Position numbers and translations under genes: made by a program. From Candidatus Hydrogenedentota bacterium (GTDB taxonomy: Bacteria > Hydrogenedentota > Hydrogenedentia > Hydrogenedentales > JAEUWI01): a DNA stretch of 64,000 nucleotides. This document shows positions 10,256-18,520 of this stretch, one piece after another; position 1 is the first letter of the stretch; every line of letters starts with the position of its first letter. The notes beneath the pieces are model-generated. The model was not told where the DNA came from. It made no database searches and was given only the letters and a program-made list of their open reading frames with translations. Location: positions 96,001 through 160,000 of the forward strand of contig JAXMOL010000006.1 in assembly GCA_034669905.1 (NCBI GenBank). Direction: 5' to 3'.

Positions 10256-11347
10256 TCACTTGGACGTATAGCGAATCTCGTCTCCCGGGAGCACCGGTCG
10301 CTGGTGTTTGGGTACCAGGGACTCGGGAATCCACTGACCATCGCGGAAGAGCAGGCGCGTTTGCCCACCGCCCGCTTTCCGCTGGTGTATCCGCGTGGCC
10401 GCATAATCGAGATCGAAGGCATCGATGGTGAACAGGGCATCGTCCAGATCGGGATTCAACGTTACCTCCGTGAAGGTATATTCGTGAAAATCATCCACCC
10501 GCCGACGGACGGCACGGGAGGGATACCAGCGCCCATCGCCCACGGGGGCCAGCGTGATGTCGAGTTGTAATATTTGAACGCCTGATGGGTTCCACGTTGC
10601 GGTGGAAGCTAGAAGAAAGCCTTGCTCGGGCGCGACCACAAAGTCCGTACGGGCTTCCTGAGCCGTCCCGCTAATGCGAGTAAACCGCGACAACTTGATC
10701 CTGGGCCCGGCGGGCGTTTTCAGATCCTCCCGCTCCCAACGACGTCCGTCCAGCGCAAGGCTTTTTTCGTATTCCGTGTCCAGGTAGCCTGTGCCGTATC
10801 CGAAGCCCCATTTCAGGGGATAGGGAAAGAGAAAAGCGTCGGGAGGCATCAACCCCGCATCCAGAACATCCCGGGAAGACAGGCGTATCCGACCGGGTAG
10901 TTTCGAATTGTGTTCCGCAAAATATTCGCCGTTGTACACGGCCCAAGAGGAATACTCGTTGCTCTCCAAGCCATGCAGATTAGAAGGCAGGGAGGGTGCA
11001 TTGGCCGCATCTCGGCGCTCCCAGCGCTTGGTGCGGTGGACATGAAACATGGAGCCCTTCTCCATCCAGATGCCTTCGCCATAGGATATGACGCGTCCTT
11101 CCGGCAGGGGGGCGTCCAGCGGTGTCTCGGGGAACTCCCGGCGCTTCCAGTCGATTTTCATGGAGTAGCTCTCGATCCCCTGGCGGGCCGCCTTGTTCTG
11201 CAAGACCACTGCCCGCACCTGCTCCTTCATCTCCGCGCTGTCCTGCTCAGATAAGTTGGAAGAATCGCTTGCCGCCCATGCCACCTGCCCCAGGACCGCA
11301 AGCCCCACCAAAGCCGCCGCCATACACTGCCGCGCGAAGTTTTTCAT
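10256..11347 (-). CDS. Secreted protein with probable LolA-like (lipoprotein-sorting) fold, paralog 1
   Basis: Signal peptide ending AWA|A, GGAGG SD, and C-terminal ...WYPS...FTEVTLNPDLDDALFT resembling LolA-like families. The fold is inferred. Confidence 0.65.
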   Translation of the reverse strand: MKNFARQCMAAALVGLAVLGQVAWAASDSSNLSEQDSAEMKEQVRAVVLQNKAARQGIESYSMKIDWKRREFPETPLDAPLPEGRVISYGEGIWMEKGSMFHVHRTKRWERRDAANAPSLPSNLHGLESNEYSSWAVYNGEYFAEHNSKLPGRIRLSSRDVLDAGLMPPDAFLFPYPLKWGFGYGTGYLDTEYEKSLALDGRRWEREDLKTPAGPRIKLSRFTRISGTAQEARTDFVVAPEQGFLLASTATWNPSGVQILQLDITLAPVGDGRWYPSRAVRRRVDDFHEYTFTEVTLNPDLDDALFTIDAFDLDYAATRIHQRKAGGGQTRLLFRDGQWIPESLVPKHQRPVLPGDEIRYTSK

Positions 11348-11391
11348 AACACCCCTTGCCTCCCTTAGGTTATACCGCTAGTTGCTTAACT

Positions 11392-11421
11392 GTTATAGTA
11401 CCCCCCCCTGAGATTTGTCAA
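11392..11421 (-). promoter_or_regulatory. Sigma70-type promoter of paralog 1 with a G8 tract in the spacer
   Basis: Minus strand reads TTGACA-AATCTCAGGGGGGGG(15 nt)-TACTAT; the alternative reading is N18-TATAAC. Confidence 0.6.
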
Positions 11422-11518
11422 GCGTAATTTTAGGTCTGGTAAACGTTGGAAATACCAGGCTCCTTGGAGGAGGACTCATCGAAGGGGAAGTGTAGAGGAG
11501 TGCCAATGACCGCTTCCA

Positions 11519-11697
11519 GGATCTCGGACATTCTTGTCCGAGATAAAGCACACTTCCATGCTGCGGTGCCCGGCAAACCTGTCCAGAGACCTCACATTGC
11601 CAGAGACGTGACTTCCGAGACCCGTTGAGCTCCTATCCATCGCCGTGCGTTTTCATGCCCGAACGCGCCTTGCCTCGGACAGGAATGTCCAAGATCC
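11519..11697. repeat. REPIN-like inverted pair of palindromic repeats
   Basis: GGATCTCGGACATTCTTGTCCGAGA (11519-11543) and CCTCGGACAGGAATGTCCAAGATCC (11673-11697) are near-perfect reverse complements, and each is itself palindromic. Confidence 0.8.
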
Positions 11698-11713
11698 TTG
11701 GTGGCCGCTGCGC

Positions 11714-11770
11714 TCAACCCACCATCCACAATTCCCAACGCGCAGTCTTCGTTTCCTTCGACTTTTTCAT
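11714..11770 (-). pseudogene. 5' remnant of a second Cys-rich secreted protein gene
   Basis: Same AAGGAGAATG context; MKKSKETKTARWELWMVG* aligns to MNKSKQTKMARWGLWMMGL of 9747-10193, then stops. Confidence 0.8.
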
Positions 11771-11807
11771 TTCCATTCTCCTTGTATGGGTTCATGTTTT
11801 TCCACAG

Positions 11808-12920
11808 CTAACGTCTCGATGGTCCTGCGCCCCCTCCCCCGAACACATGCACACCACCATCTCCCGGCAACACGGGCCGGAGATGCTTGGGTACCAGAGA
11901 CTCGGGTATCCACTGACCATCGCGGAAGAGCAGGCGCGTTTGCCCACCGCCCGCTTTCCGCTGGTGTATCCGCGTGGCCGCATAATCGAGCTCGAAGGCG
12001 TCGATGGTAAACTGGGCGTCATCCAGATCGGGATTCAACGTTACCTCCGTGAAGGTATATTCGTGAAAATCATCCACCCGCCGTCGGACCGCATGGGAGG
12101 GATACCAGCGCCCATTCCCCACCGGAGCCAGCGTGATGTCGAGTTGTAATACTTGATCGCCTGATGGGTTCCACGTTGCGGTGGAAGCCAGAAGAAAGCC
12201 TTGCTCGGGCGCGACCACAAAGTCCGTACGAGCTTCCTGAGCCATCCCGCTAACTGAAGTAAATCGAGACAACTTGATCCTCGGCCCTGCGGGCGTTTCC
12301 AGATCCTCCCGCTCCCAACGACGCCCGTCTCGCGTAAGGCTCTTTTCATATTCTATGTCCAAGTAGCCTGTGCCGTAGCCGAAGCCCCATTTCAGGGGAT
12401 AGGGAAAGAGAAAAGCGTCGGGAGGCATCAACCTCGCATCCAGAACATCCCGGGGAGACAGGCGTATCCGACCGGGTAGTTTCGAACTGTGTTCCGCAAA
12501 ATATTCGCCGTTGTACACGGCCCAAGAGGAATACTCGTTGCTCTCCACGCCATGCAGATTAGAAGGCAGGGAGGGTGCTCTGGCCGCATCTCGGCGCTCC
12601 CAGCGCTTGGTGCGGTGGACATGAAACATGGAGCCCTTCTCCATCCAGATTCCCTCGCCATAAGATATGACGCGTCCTTCCGGCAGGGGGGCATCCAGCG
12701 GTGTCTCGGGGAACTCCCGGCGCTTCCAGACGATTTTCATGGAGTAGCTCTCGATCCCCTGGCGGGCTGCCTTGTTTTGCAAGACCACCGCCCGCACCTG
12801 CTCCTTCATCTCCGCGCTATCTGGCACCGGAGGGGTGGATGAATCACCAGGTGCTCCTGCCGCTGACCCCATAAGCCCCAAGAGTGTTATCGTCAAACAC
12901 AGCCCCACGAAGTTTTTCAT
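11808..12920 (-). CDS. Secreted protein with probable LolA-like fold, paralog 2
   Basis: Core nearly identical to 10256-11347, with divergent signal peptide and C-terminus. Confidence 0.65.
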   Translation of the reverse strand: MKNFVGLCLTITLLGLMGSAAGAPGDSSTPPVPDSAEMKEQVRAVVLQNKAARQGIESYSMKIVWKRREFPETPLDAPLPEGRVISYGEGIWMEKGSMFHVHRTKRWERRDAARAPSLPSNLHGVESNEYSSWAVYNGEYFAEHSSKLPGRIRLSPRDVLDARLMPPDAFLFPYPLKWGFGYGTGYLDIEYEKSLTRDGRRWEREDLETPAGPRIKLSRFTSVSGMAQEARTDFVVAPEQGFLLASTATWNPSGDQVLQLDITLAPVGNGRWYPSHAVRRRVDDFHEYTFTEVTLNPDLDDAQFTIDAFELDYAATRIHQRKAGGGQTRLLFRDGQWIPESLVPKHLRPVLPGDGGVHVFGGGGAGPSRR

Positions 12921-12967
12921 GATGCCCCTTGCCCCCCTTAGGTTATACCGCTAGTGGCTGAACTGTT

Positions 12968-12996
12968 ATAGTACGCCTGTCAATGATTTGTGTCAA
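12968..12996 (-). promoter_or_regulatory. Sigma70-type promoter of paralog 2
   Basis: Minus strand TTGACA-N17-TACTAT; flanking sequence is conserved with the paralog 1 upstream region. Confidence 0.7.
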
Positions 12997-13088
12997 GAGT
13001 AATTTTAGGTCCGATAACAGTCTGGAAATTTCAGGCGTCTTGAAGGGGGGCGTGGCGGGAGAGGGGGCGATTGCCGGACGTCCCCGTA

Positions 13089-13930
13089 GCTGTGATGCCC
13101 CAGACCCGCCGAACGTTCGCTGTGATGCCCTTTCAGGGCGAAGATTGTTGGGGGATGCTTTTTGTCCCTGGGCGTTGCCCAGGGCTGGGAGCTGTGTAGC
13201 CCCTTCGGGGCGATTGTTTGGGTGTCGAGTTCCTGGTGGAGGGTGCAACGGGTGCCTGATGTCCCTTCTCCCTGCCCGTTGGTAGGCGTTGCTTCAACGA
13301 GAAACGATAGCGGCACGCCCCTATAGAGCGCCGCCGACCCGGCGGCGTAAGGTTCGGGCAGGGGAGCGCCAGAAAGAAAAACGGTAAGGGTGCCACCCAT
13401 ACGCGGAGGAGCCTGGCGGGGGAGCTTACGGGTGCCTCCCAGCCCTTCACCCGTAAAGCCACTCGTCCCTCGTGTCTGTAAGGGTCCACGACGCGCCGCA
13501 GGTGGGTGGCACCCTTGAGGTTGCTGTGGATTGCCGTGACGAGCGCCTGCCAGAGAGACGGCACGTAGCTCGTCTATGGCACGTCACGGCCCGGCGGCAT
13601 GGGGGATGGGTAGATACGTCGGGTGGGGGAAGCATCATGTCGTAATCCTTCACGACTTCACCCTGCATTTCAGCCCGAAGGACTCTTACAGCTTTCAGCC
13701 CAGGGCAACGCCCTGGGTAAAAGGATTCCGCATCAATCCCATAGCCCTGAAAGGGCGACACAGCTGTAATGCCCTTTCAGGGCGTGTTTTATCGGGGAAT
13801 GCGTTTTGGTCCCTCGGCGTTGCCCAGGGCTGGGAGCTGTGCAGCCCCTTCGGGGCGATTGTTTGGAGAGACGAGCCCCATCCGAAGAGGATCCGCAAGA
13901 GTGCCACCTTCAAAGACGGGAGGAACGAGC
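13089..13930. repeat. Mosaic REP/BIME-like intergenic cluster B
   Basis: 13119-13346 matches 5572-5799 without gaps; ~13574-13866 matches ~5375-5674; GGGTG(C/G)CACCC palindromes and the AAAGCCACTCGTCCCTCGTGT unit are shared with cluster C. Confidence 0.9.
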
Positions 13931-13988
13931 GGCTTTGTGGGTGAAAGGACGTCGTGAAAGCTTCGTGACCAGGGCGGCATCGTGCTAC

Positions 13989-15215
13989 TTATCGCCGTGC
14001 GGTCAATGTGGATTGTGAGCGGGGCCAGGATTCCACATAGTCGTCTTGTTTGAGGGTGAGTGTGTACGCATCTTCCTCAACCGCATAGTCCACTTCCGGC
14101 GTTTCTTTCGTCATCACGTCCGAGACGTCAATCTCGATGAAGTCGTTAGGCAGGCGGCCCGTTTCGTCCCGGTAGATCTCGATCAGGGCGGCACATGCGA
14201 GGAGTCTCAATTTCAGTCGCAACACCGCGTAGTTGGATTCCGTGCTTTGCATCACGTTGGTCGCCGCCTCCGACATATCATTGAAAAAGAAGGGTCGGAT
14301 CACGTCATGCCCGTTACAAATGGCAAAGGCACTTTTGAGGTCCGATCGCATGGCCATGTTAGCAAGCATACTCTTGCTTTGGTAAAGTTTCAGCCTGAAT
14401 CGGGCACCGGCGCTTTCAAACATGGCGGTTGTCCATGGGGCGTCGCTTTCAAATGCGTCGACCGCTGTTTCGGCTATGGCACGCTTCCAAGTCCTGCGCC
14501 AGGGCGTAGTCTGAAGCGTATCTAAGATTTCCGAAATCTGATGCACCAACTCCTGCCGTGCAGGGGGAGCCATTTCGCGAATCAATCCGAATTGGTCGGT
14601 CGCGTAGAGGAGCATGTTCCATGACTTGGCATCATAGAGATACCCGATATCTTGCGGGGAGCTGTACCACTTAGGGCTCGCGAGGTAGTTTATAGAGAAT
14701 TTAAGAATTTCTGAGCTACGTTCGGGAGGTCCCGCTTCTTGCGTATGTGCGGATTGCATCAAAAGGGACCGTAGAAACTTCGTACCCCCATTCGAACCGG
14801 GAAAAAGACCGCACCCTGCATCCAGATAGGCCCCCATAGCCGCTTCTGCCTCTTGTCCGAGCGCTTGCTGAAAACGGTTCAGCGCATCCAGATCGGAGTC
14901 ATCACTGGATTGGGGCTCGAATAATTCGGAATAGGCGGAATAATAGGTTGCCAGTCCGTCGTCTTCCATGCCAAGCCCAAACGTGTGTTCGACAAGTTCA
15001 TCCACTTCCGGCGCGGAGTGCATCGTGGTGAGTTGCGTGTCGACCACCTTTCCGTCCCGGAGCTCGAAGCCTTCCGCTGCCAACACTCCCGATTCTGTCC
15101 AGCCCATACCGCCATTGACCAGGGCGAGGAACACAATGACGAGGATGAAAATGGACAAGATGGTACCGACTACCCATAGCGTTTTTCTTTTCCAGGATTT
15201 CTGCGACGTGACCAT
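13989..15215 (-). CDS. Hypothetical membrane-anchored protein with a GspG-C-like terminal motif
   Basis: Probable start MVTSQKSWKRK followed by a TM; C-terminal AALIEIYRDETGRLP...YTLTL. Confidence 0.65.
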   Translation of the reverse strand: MVTSQKSWKRKTLWVVGTILSIFILVIVFLALVNGGMGWTESGVLAAEGFELRDGKVVDTQLTTMHSAPEVDELVEHTFGLGMEDDGLATYYSAYSELFEPQSSDDSDLDALNRFQQALGQEAEAAMGAYLDAGCGLFPGSNGGTKFLRSLLMQSAHTQEAGPPERSSEILKFSINYLASPKWYSSPQDIGYLYDAKSWNMLLYATDQFGLIREMAPPARQELVHQISEILDTLQTTPWRRTWKRAIAETAVDAFESDAPWTTAMFESAGARFRLKLYQSKSMLANMAMRSDLKSAFAICNGHDVIRPFFFNDMSEAATNVMQSTESNYAVLRLKLRLLACAALIEIYRDETGRLPNDFIEIDVSDVMTKETPEVDYAVEEDAYTLTLKQDDYVESWPRSQSTLTARR

Positions 15216-15329
15216 GGGTGCCCCTCGGTTTAGACGGTCTGCGACAACTCGTTGTAGCCCGTTGGCGTCTGACAGGACGGTGCTACCATAGTCTAGATTA
15301 GCGCATGGGTATTGTCTCTGCAACCCCGC

Positions 15330-15840
15330 ACCCATAAAGCCACTCGTCCCTCGTGTCTGTAAGGGGCCGCGACGCGCCGCAGGTGGGTGGCACCCTCCAA
15401 TTGGCGACTTGCTATAGATTGACGCGCCGAGGGTGGGAGCACCCCTATGGAGCGCTGCCGGCCCGGCGGCATAGAGCTCTACAAGGGTGAGGGGTTGTGG
15501 TGGAGGCCTGAGTCACCTGCCAGGCCTGGCGTCCCTTCACCCGTAAAGCCACTCGTCCCTCGTGTATGTAAGGGTGGCACCCTGCAGGTCGTGATGTGTC
15601 AAAGGGGTGGTTTCCCTTAGACAGACAACGTTTCGCGTGCCGCCCGCCGAAGGCGTGCACACCCCTATGGAGCGCCGCCGGCCCGGCGGCATAAGGACCC
15701 TGGAGCCGTGAGGGTACGTGGTGTAAACCTGGTTCACTTGCACGGCCTGACGTCACTTCACCCACAAAGTTCCCCCGCTTCGCTCCTCCCTTTGAGGGTG
15801 GCACCCGACAGGTTACCGTGGATTGTCGCGGCGAGCGGCT
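15330..15840. repeat. Mosaic REP-like intergenic cluster C
   Basis: AAAGCCACTCGTCCCTCGTGT twice (~15336, ~15545), CCCCTATGGAGCGC(C/T)GCCGGCCCGGCGGCAT twice (~15442, ~15662) and several GGGTGGCACCC; all shared with clusters A or B. Confidence 0.88.
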
Positions 15841-16062
15841 TTTACCAAGAGTGATGGTAAGGGTGTCTGGGGGTATTCCGAGTACGTTTGGCGTGTCTAC
15901 CCCATTCTCATGGTGCCGGGATTGGGAAAAACTGGATCCAGAAGCCCTTGGTGTGAAAAGATCTAAGGCTATTATGTCGGGTCTCCTTCCTTCCTGAAAC
16001 GGTCTCTTCGCAGACCTGCAGCGGCCCGTAAGTACCCCTACAGCAAAGAGAAAGCACGACGT

Positions 16063-17679
16063 ATGAACATCGTCCTTATGGGCTCCAAAGGCGCCGGGAA
16101 AAGTACCCTGGGTGCGGCATTGGCTGAGGTCATCGGCCTGGAAGCCATCGACACGGACCGCCAGATTGAGCTGCTATTCGAAAAGAACGAAGGCAAAGCC
16201 GCCACCTGCCGAACGATTTACCAGACGGCCGGAGAAGCCGCTTTTCGGGAACTCGAGCGGGCTGTGGCCCTTGATGTGGCCTCCCGTTCCTACCAGCTTA
16301 TCGTGACCGGCGGGGGCATGATGATGGACCCCGATTCCCGTCGGGCCCTCCGCAAGGACGGGATTCTGATTTTTCTGTCGGCGTCTTCCGATACCCTTTG
16401 GGCCCGTGCCACGGAAAATGGCCTTCCGCCCTGGCTCTCGGGTGATGATGGCCAAGAAAAATTCAAGCTCCAGGTGGCCTTTCGGGAAGAGGTCCTGCGG
16501 CCTTTCGCCGACATCCTCTTCGACACCACGGACGGCACGCCCGAAGAACAGGCCCAGCGTCTGGCGGACGCCATCGGCGAAGAGCTCGCGGTGCGTCAGA
16601 CGGCGGCCAGCACCTACGGCGACATTATCCGTATGACCGGTTTTGGCGAGAGCCACGGCCGGGCCATTGGTACCGTGCTCGAGGGGATACGTCCTGGGAT
16701 CGAATTCAATGAGGAAATCCTCCAGGAGCAACTCGATCGCCGCCGTCCCGGCCAGAGCAAAGTGGTGACCCAGCGCAAAGAAGATGACGCCGTCGAGATT
16801 CTCTCGGGCGTCTTCGAAGGCAAGGCCACGGGTGCACCCATCGCCATGGTCATCTACAACAAGGACCAGCGTTCCAAGAACTACGACAACGTAAAAGACG
16901 TGTTCCGGCCGGGCCACGGTGACTTTACCTTCTATAAGAAGTATGGTTTCCGGGACTACCGGGGTGGGGGACGTCAGTCGGGCCGCGAGACGGCGTGTCG
17001 TGTGGCGGCCGGTGCCGTACCCCTGAAAATGCTGGCCGAAAAGGGCGTGAAGATCATTGCCCACGCCACCCAGGTGGCCGGTATTGACGCCAAGACCTGC
17101 GACCTGAGCACCATTGAAAAGAACCCCGTGCGCTGTGCCGATCCCGAGGCTGCCAAGGCCATGGAACAGGCCATCCTTGATGCCCGCAGCGAAAAGGACT
17201 CGGTGGGTGGCGTCATTCAACTCGAGATTACGGGCCTGCCCGTCGGATTGGGTGACCCCATCTTTGGCAAGCTTGATGCCCGCCTCTGCACCGCCATCAT
17301 GACCATTGGTGCCATCAAAGGCGTCGAAGTAGGCGGTGGTTTTGACCTCTGTAAGTTGAAGGGCAGCGAGGCCAATGACGGCATGAAAGACGGCGAGTTT
17401 GTTACCAACTATTCCGGCGGCATCCTCGGCGGAATCACCACCGGTGAGCCGGTGGTCATGCGCGTCGCGGTCAAGCCCACGGCTTCCATCGCACAGAAGC
17501 AGATGACTTACGATGAACACGACAAGAACGTGGAAATCGAGGTCCTGGGTCGCCACGATCCCTGCATCGTGCCCCGGGCCGTCCCGGTGGTGGAGGCCAT
17601 GGCCGCCCTGGTCATCCTGGATGCCTGGGAAGTGCAAAGCCGCCTCAACCCTGAATGGGCCGCGGAAAACCCGCTGTAG
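16063..17679 (+). CDS. aroC: Shikimate kinase - chorismate synthase fusion
   Basis: N-terminal GSKGAGKST, DTD, GEAAFRELE, TGGG (AroK); C-terminal GESHG, RPGHGD, GGGRQSGRET, KPTASI, GRHDPC (AroC); one uninterrupted frame. Confidence 0.93.
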   Translation: MNIVLMGSKGAGKSTLGAALAEVIGLEAIDTDRQIELLFEKNEGKAATCRTIYQTAGEAAFRELERAVALDVASRSYQLIVTGGGMMMDPDSRRALRKDGILIFLSASSDTLWARATENGLPPWLSGDDGQEKFKLQVAFREEVLRPFADILFDTTDGTPEEQAQRLADAIGEELAVRQTAASTYGDIIRMTGFGESHGRAIGTVLEGIRPGIEFNEEILQEQLDRRRPGQSKVVTQRKEDDAVEILSGVFEGKATGAPIAMVIYNKDQRSKNYDNVKDVFRPGHGDFTFYKKYGFRDYRGGGRQSGRETACRVAAGAVPLKMLAEKGVKIIAHATQVAGIDAKTCDLSTIEKNPVRCADPEAAKAMEQAILDARSEKDSVGGVIQLEITGLPVGLGDPIFGKLDARLCTAIMTIGAIKGVEVGGGFDLCKLKGSEANDGMKDGEFVTNYSGGILGGITTGEPVVMRVAVKPTASIAQKQMTYDEHDKNVEIEVLGRHDPCIVPRAVPVVEAMAALVILDAWEVQSRLNPEWAAENPL

Positions 17680-17728
17680 GCCCAACGGTGGCCTTCTGAC
17701 CGCCATACTGCTATCCCGAATCCCCCCT

Positions 17729-17755
17729 AATGCCCCTTCACGGGGCATTTTTTTT
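17729..17755 (+). terminator. Rho-independent terminator after aroK-aroC
   Basis: AATGCCCC-TTCAC-GGGGCATT followed by a T tract. Confidence 0.8.
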
Positions 17756-17967
17756 GCCCACACGGGCCGTTTTTTCCCCGATTTTCCCGGTAACCCACCG
17801 GGATCCACCGGTTTTTGTTGATTTATCCCACCTGTACCCACCAGAATACCCCCACCATGATCCCACACGCATTGTATCCTTAATTTTATTAACTACTATA
17901 TGTTGTAGGTTTGTGTTCGACGCTCCATTTCCGAGCTATATTTTGGGGTGTTTTGGGTGGTTTTCTG

Positions 17968-18022
17968 TTGACTTGTTGGCTCATGAGTGGTAAATTGTGG
18001 GTATCAAGAGTAAAATCGTGGG
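17968..18022 (+). promoter_or_regulatory. dcw (Pmra) promoter with MraZ-type GTGG boxes
   Basis: TTGACT-N17-TAAATT with extended TG; GTGG at 17987, 17997 and 18018, in ~10 bp phase. Confidence 0.7.
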
Positions 18023-18031
18023 ACACTCTCA

Positions 18032-18520
18032 ATGTACTATGGCGAATCACAAACCAGCTTGGACGAAAAGGGCCGGATCACCGTACCCCGTCAGTTTCGT
18101 ATCTTGATGGAGTCGATGGACCATGATACGTGGTACATGACCCGCGGTTTTGATGGTGCCATCTTCTTGTTTCCCTCCGAAGAATGGAAAAAGCTCAAGG
18201 ATCTGGGTAGTGGTCACAGCCCCCTTGACCCACGCATGTTGGATTTCCGTCGGATGTTTGTCGGGAGCGCCACGAAGGTGAAACAGGATAAGGCCGGTCG
18301 CTTTGCGGTGCCGGCATTGTTGCGGGAGTACGCGGGTCTGGAGAAGGACGGCGTATTACTCGGCGTGGATGACCATCTGGAGTTGTGGAGTAAGGAAGGC
18401 TGGTGCGCTTTCCAGCGGCAACAGATGGCCCAGTATAAAGAAATGGCCTCAGCGCTATTTGCGTCGGCATCGTCTGGCGCGAGCACAACGGAAGGAGTGG
18501 AGCGGGATGTTGAAAATTGA
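18032..18520 (+). CDS. mraZ: Division/cell wall cluster transcriptional repressor MraZ
   Basis: LDEKGRITVP, TRGFDG, DKAGRFAVP, LREYAGL, GVDDHLELW. Confidence 0.95.
   Translation: MYYGESQTSLDEKGRITVPRQFRILMESMDHDTWYMTRGFDGAIFLFPSEEWKKLKDLGSGHSPLDPRMLDFRRMFVGSATKVKQDKAGRFAVPALLREYAGLEKDGVLLGVDDHLELWSKEGWCAFQRQQMAQYKEMASALFASASSGASTTEGVERDVEN

Noticed and set aside
11714..11716. TGA read-through (selenocysteine) in the Cys-rich remnant
   Set aside because: The downstream sequence is the REP arm and shows no similarity to the intact paralog.
10256..12920. Diversity-generating retroelement TR/VR pair
   Set aside because: Both copies are whole genes, the differences do not appear adenine-specific, and no reverse transcriptase is present.
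13119..15840. Possible CRISPR array or integron attC cassettes
   Set aside because: No constant repeat-spacer period, no cas or intI gene, and no consistent RYYYAAC...GTTRRRY ends.
16174..17868. Long antisense ORFs here and at 43316-44899, 51684-53765, 58123-59466 and 61504-63246
   Set aside because: They mirror aroC, ilvD, aconitase, cfa and dnaK; this is expected from strong GC codon bias and they have no motifs of their own.
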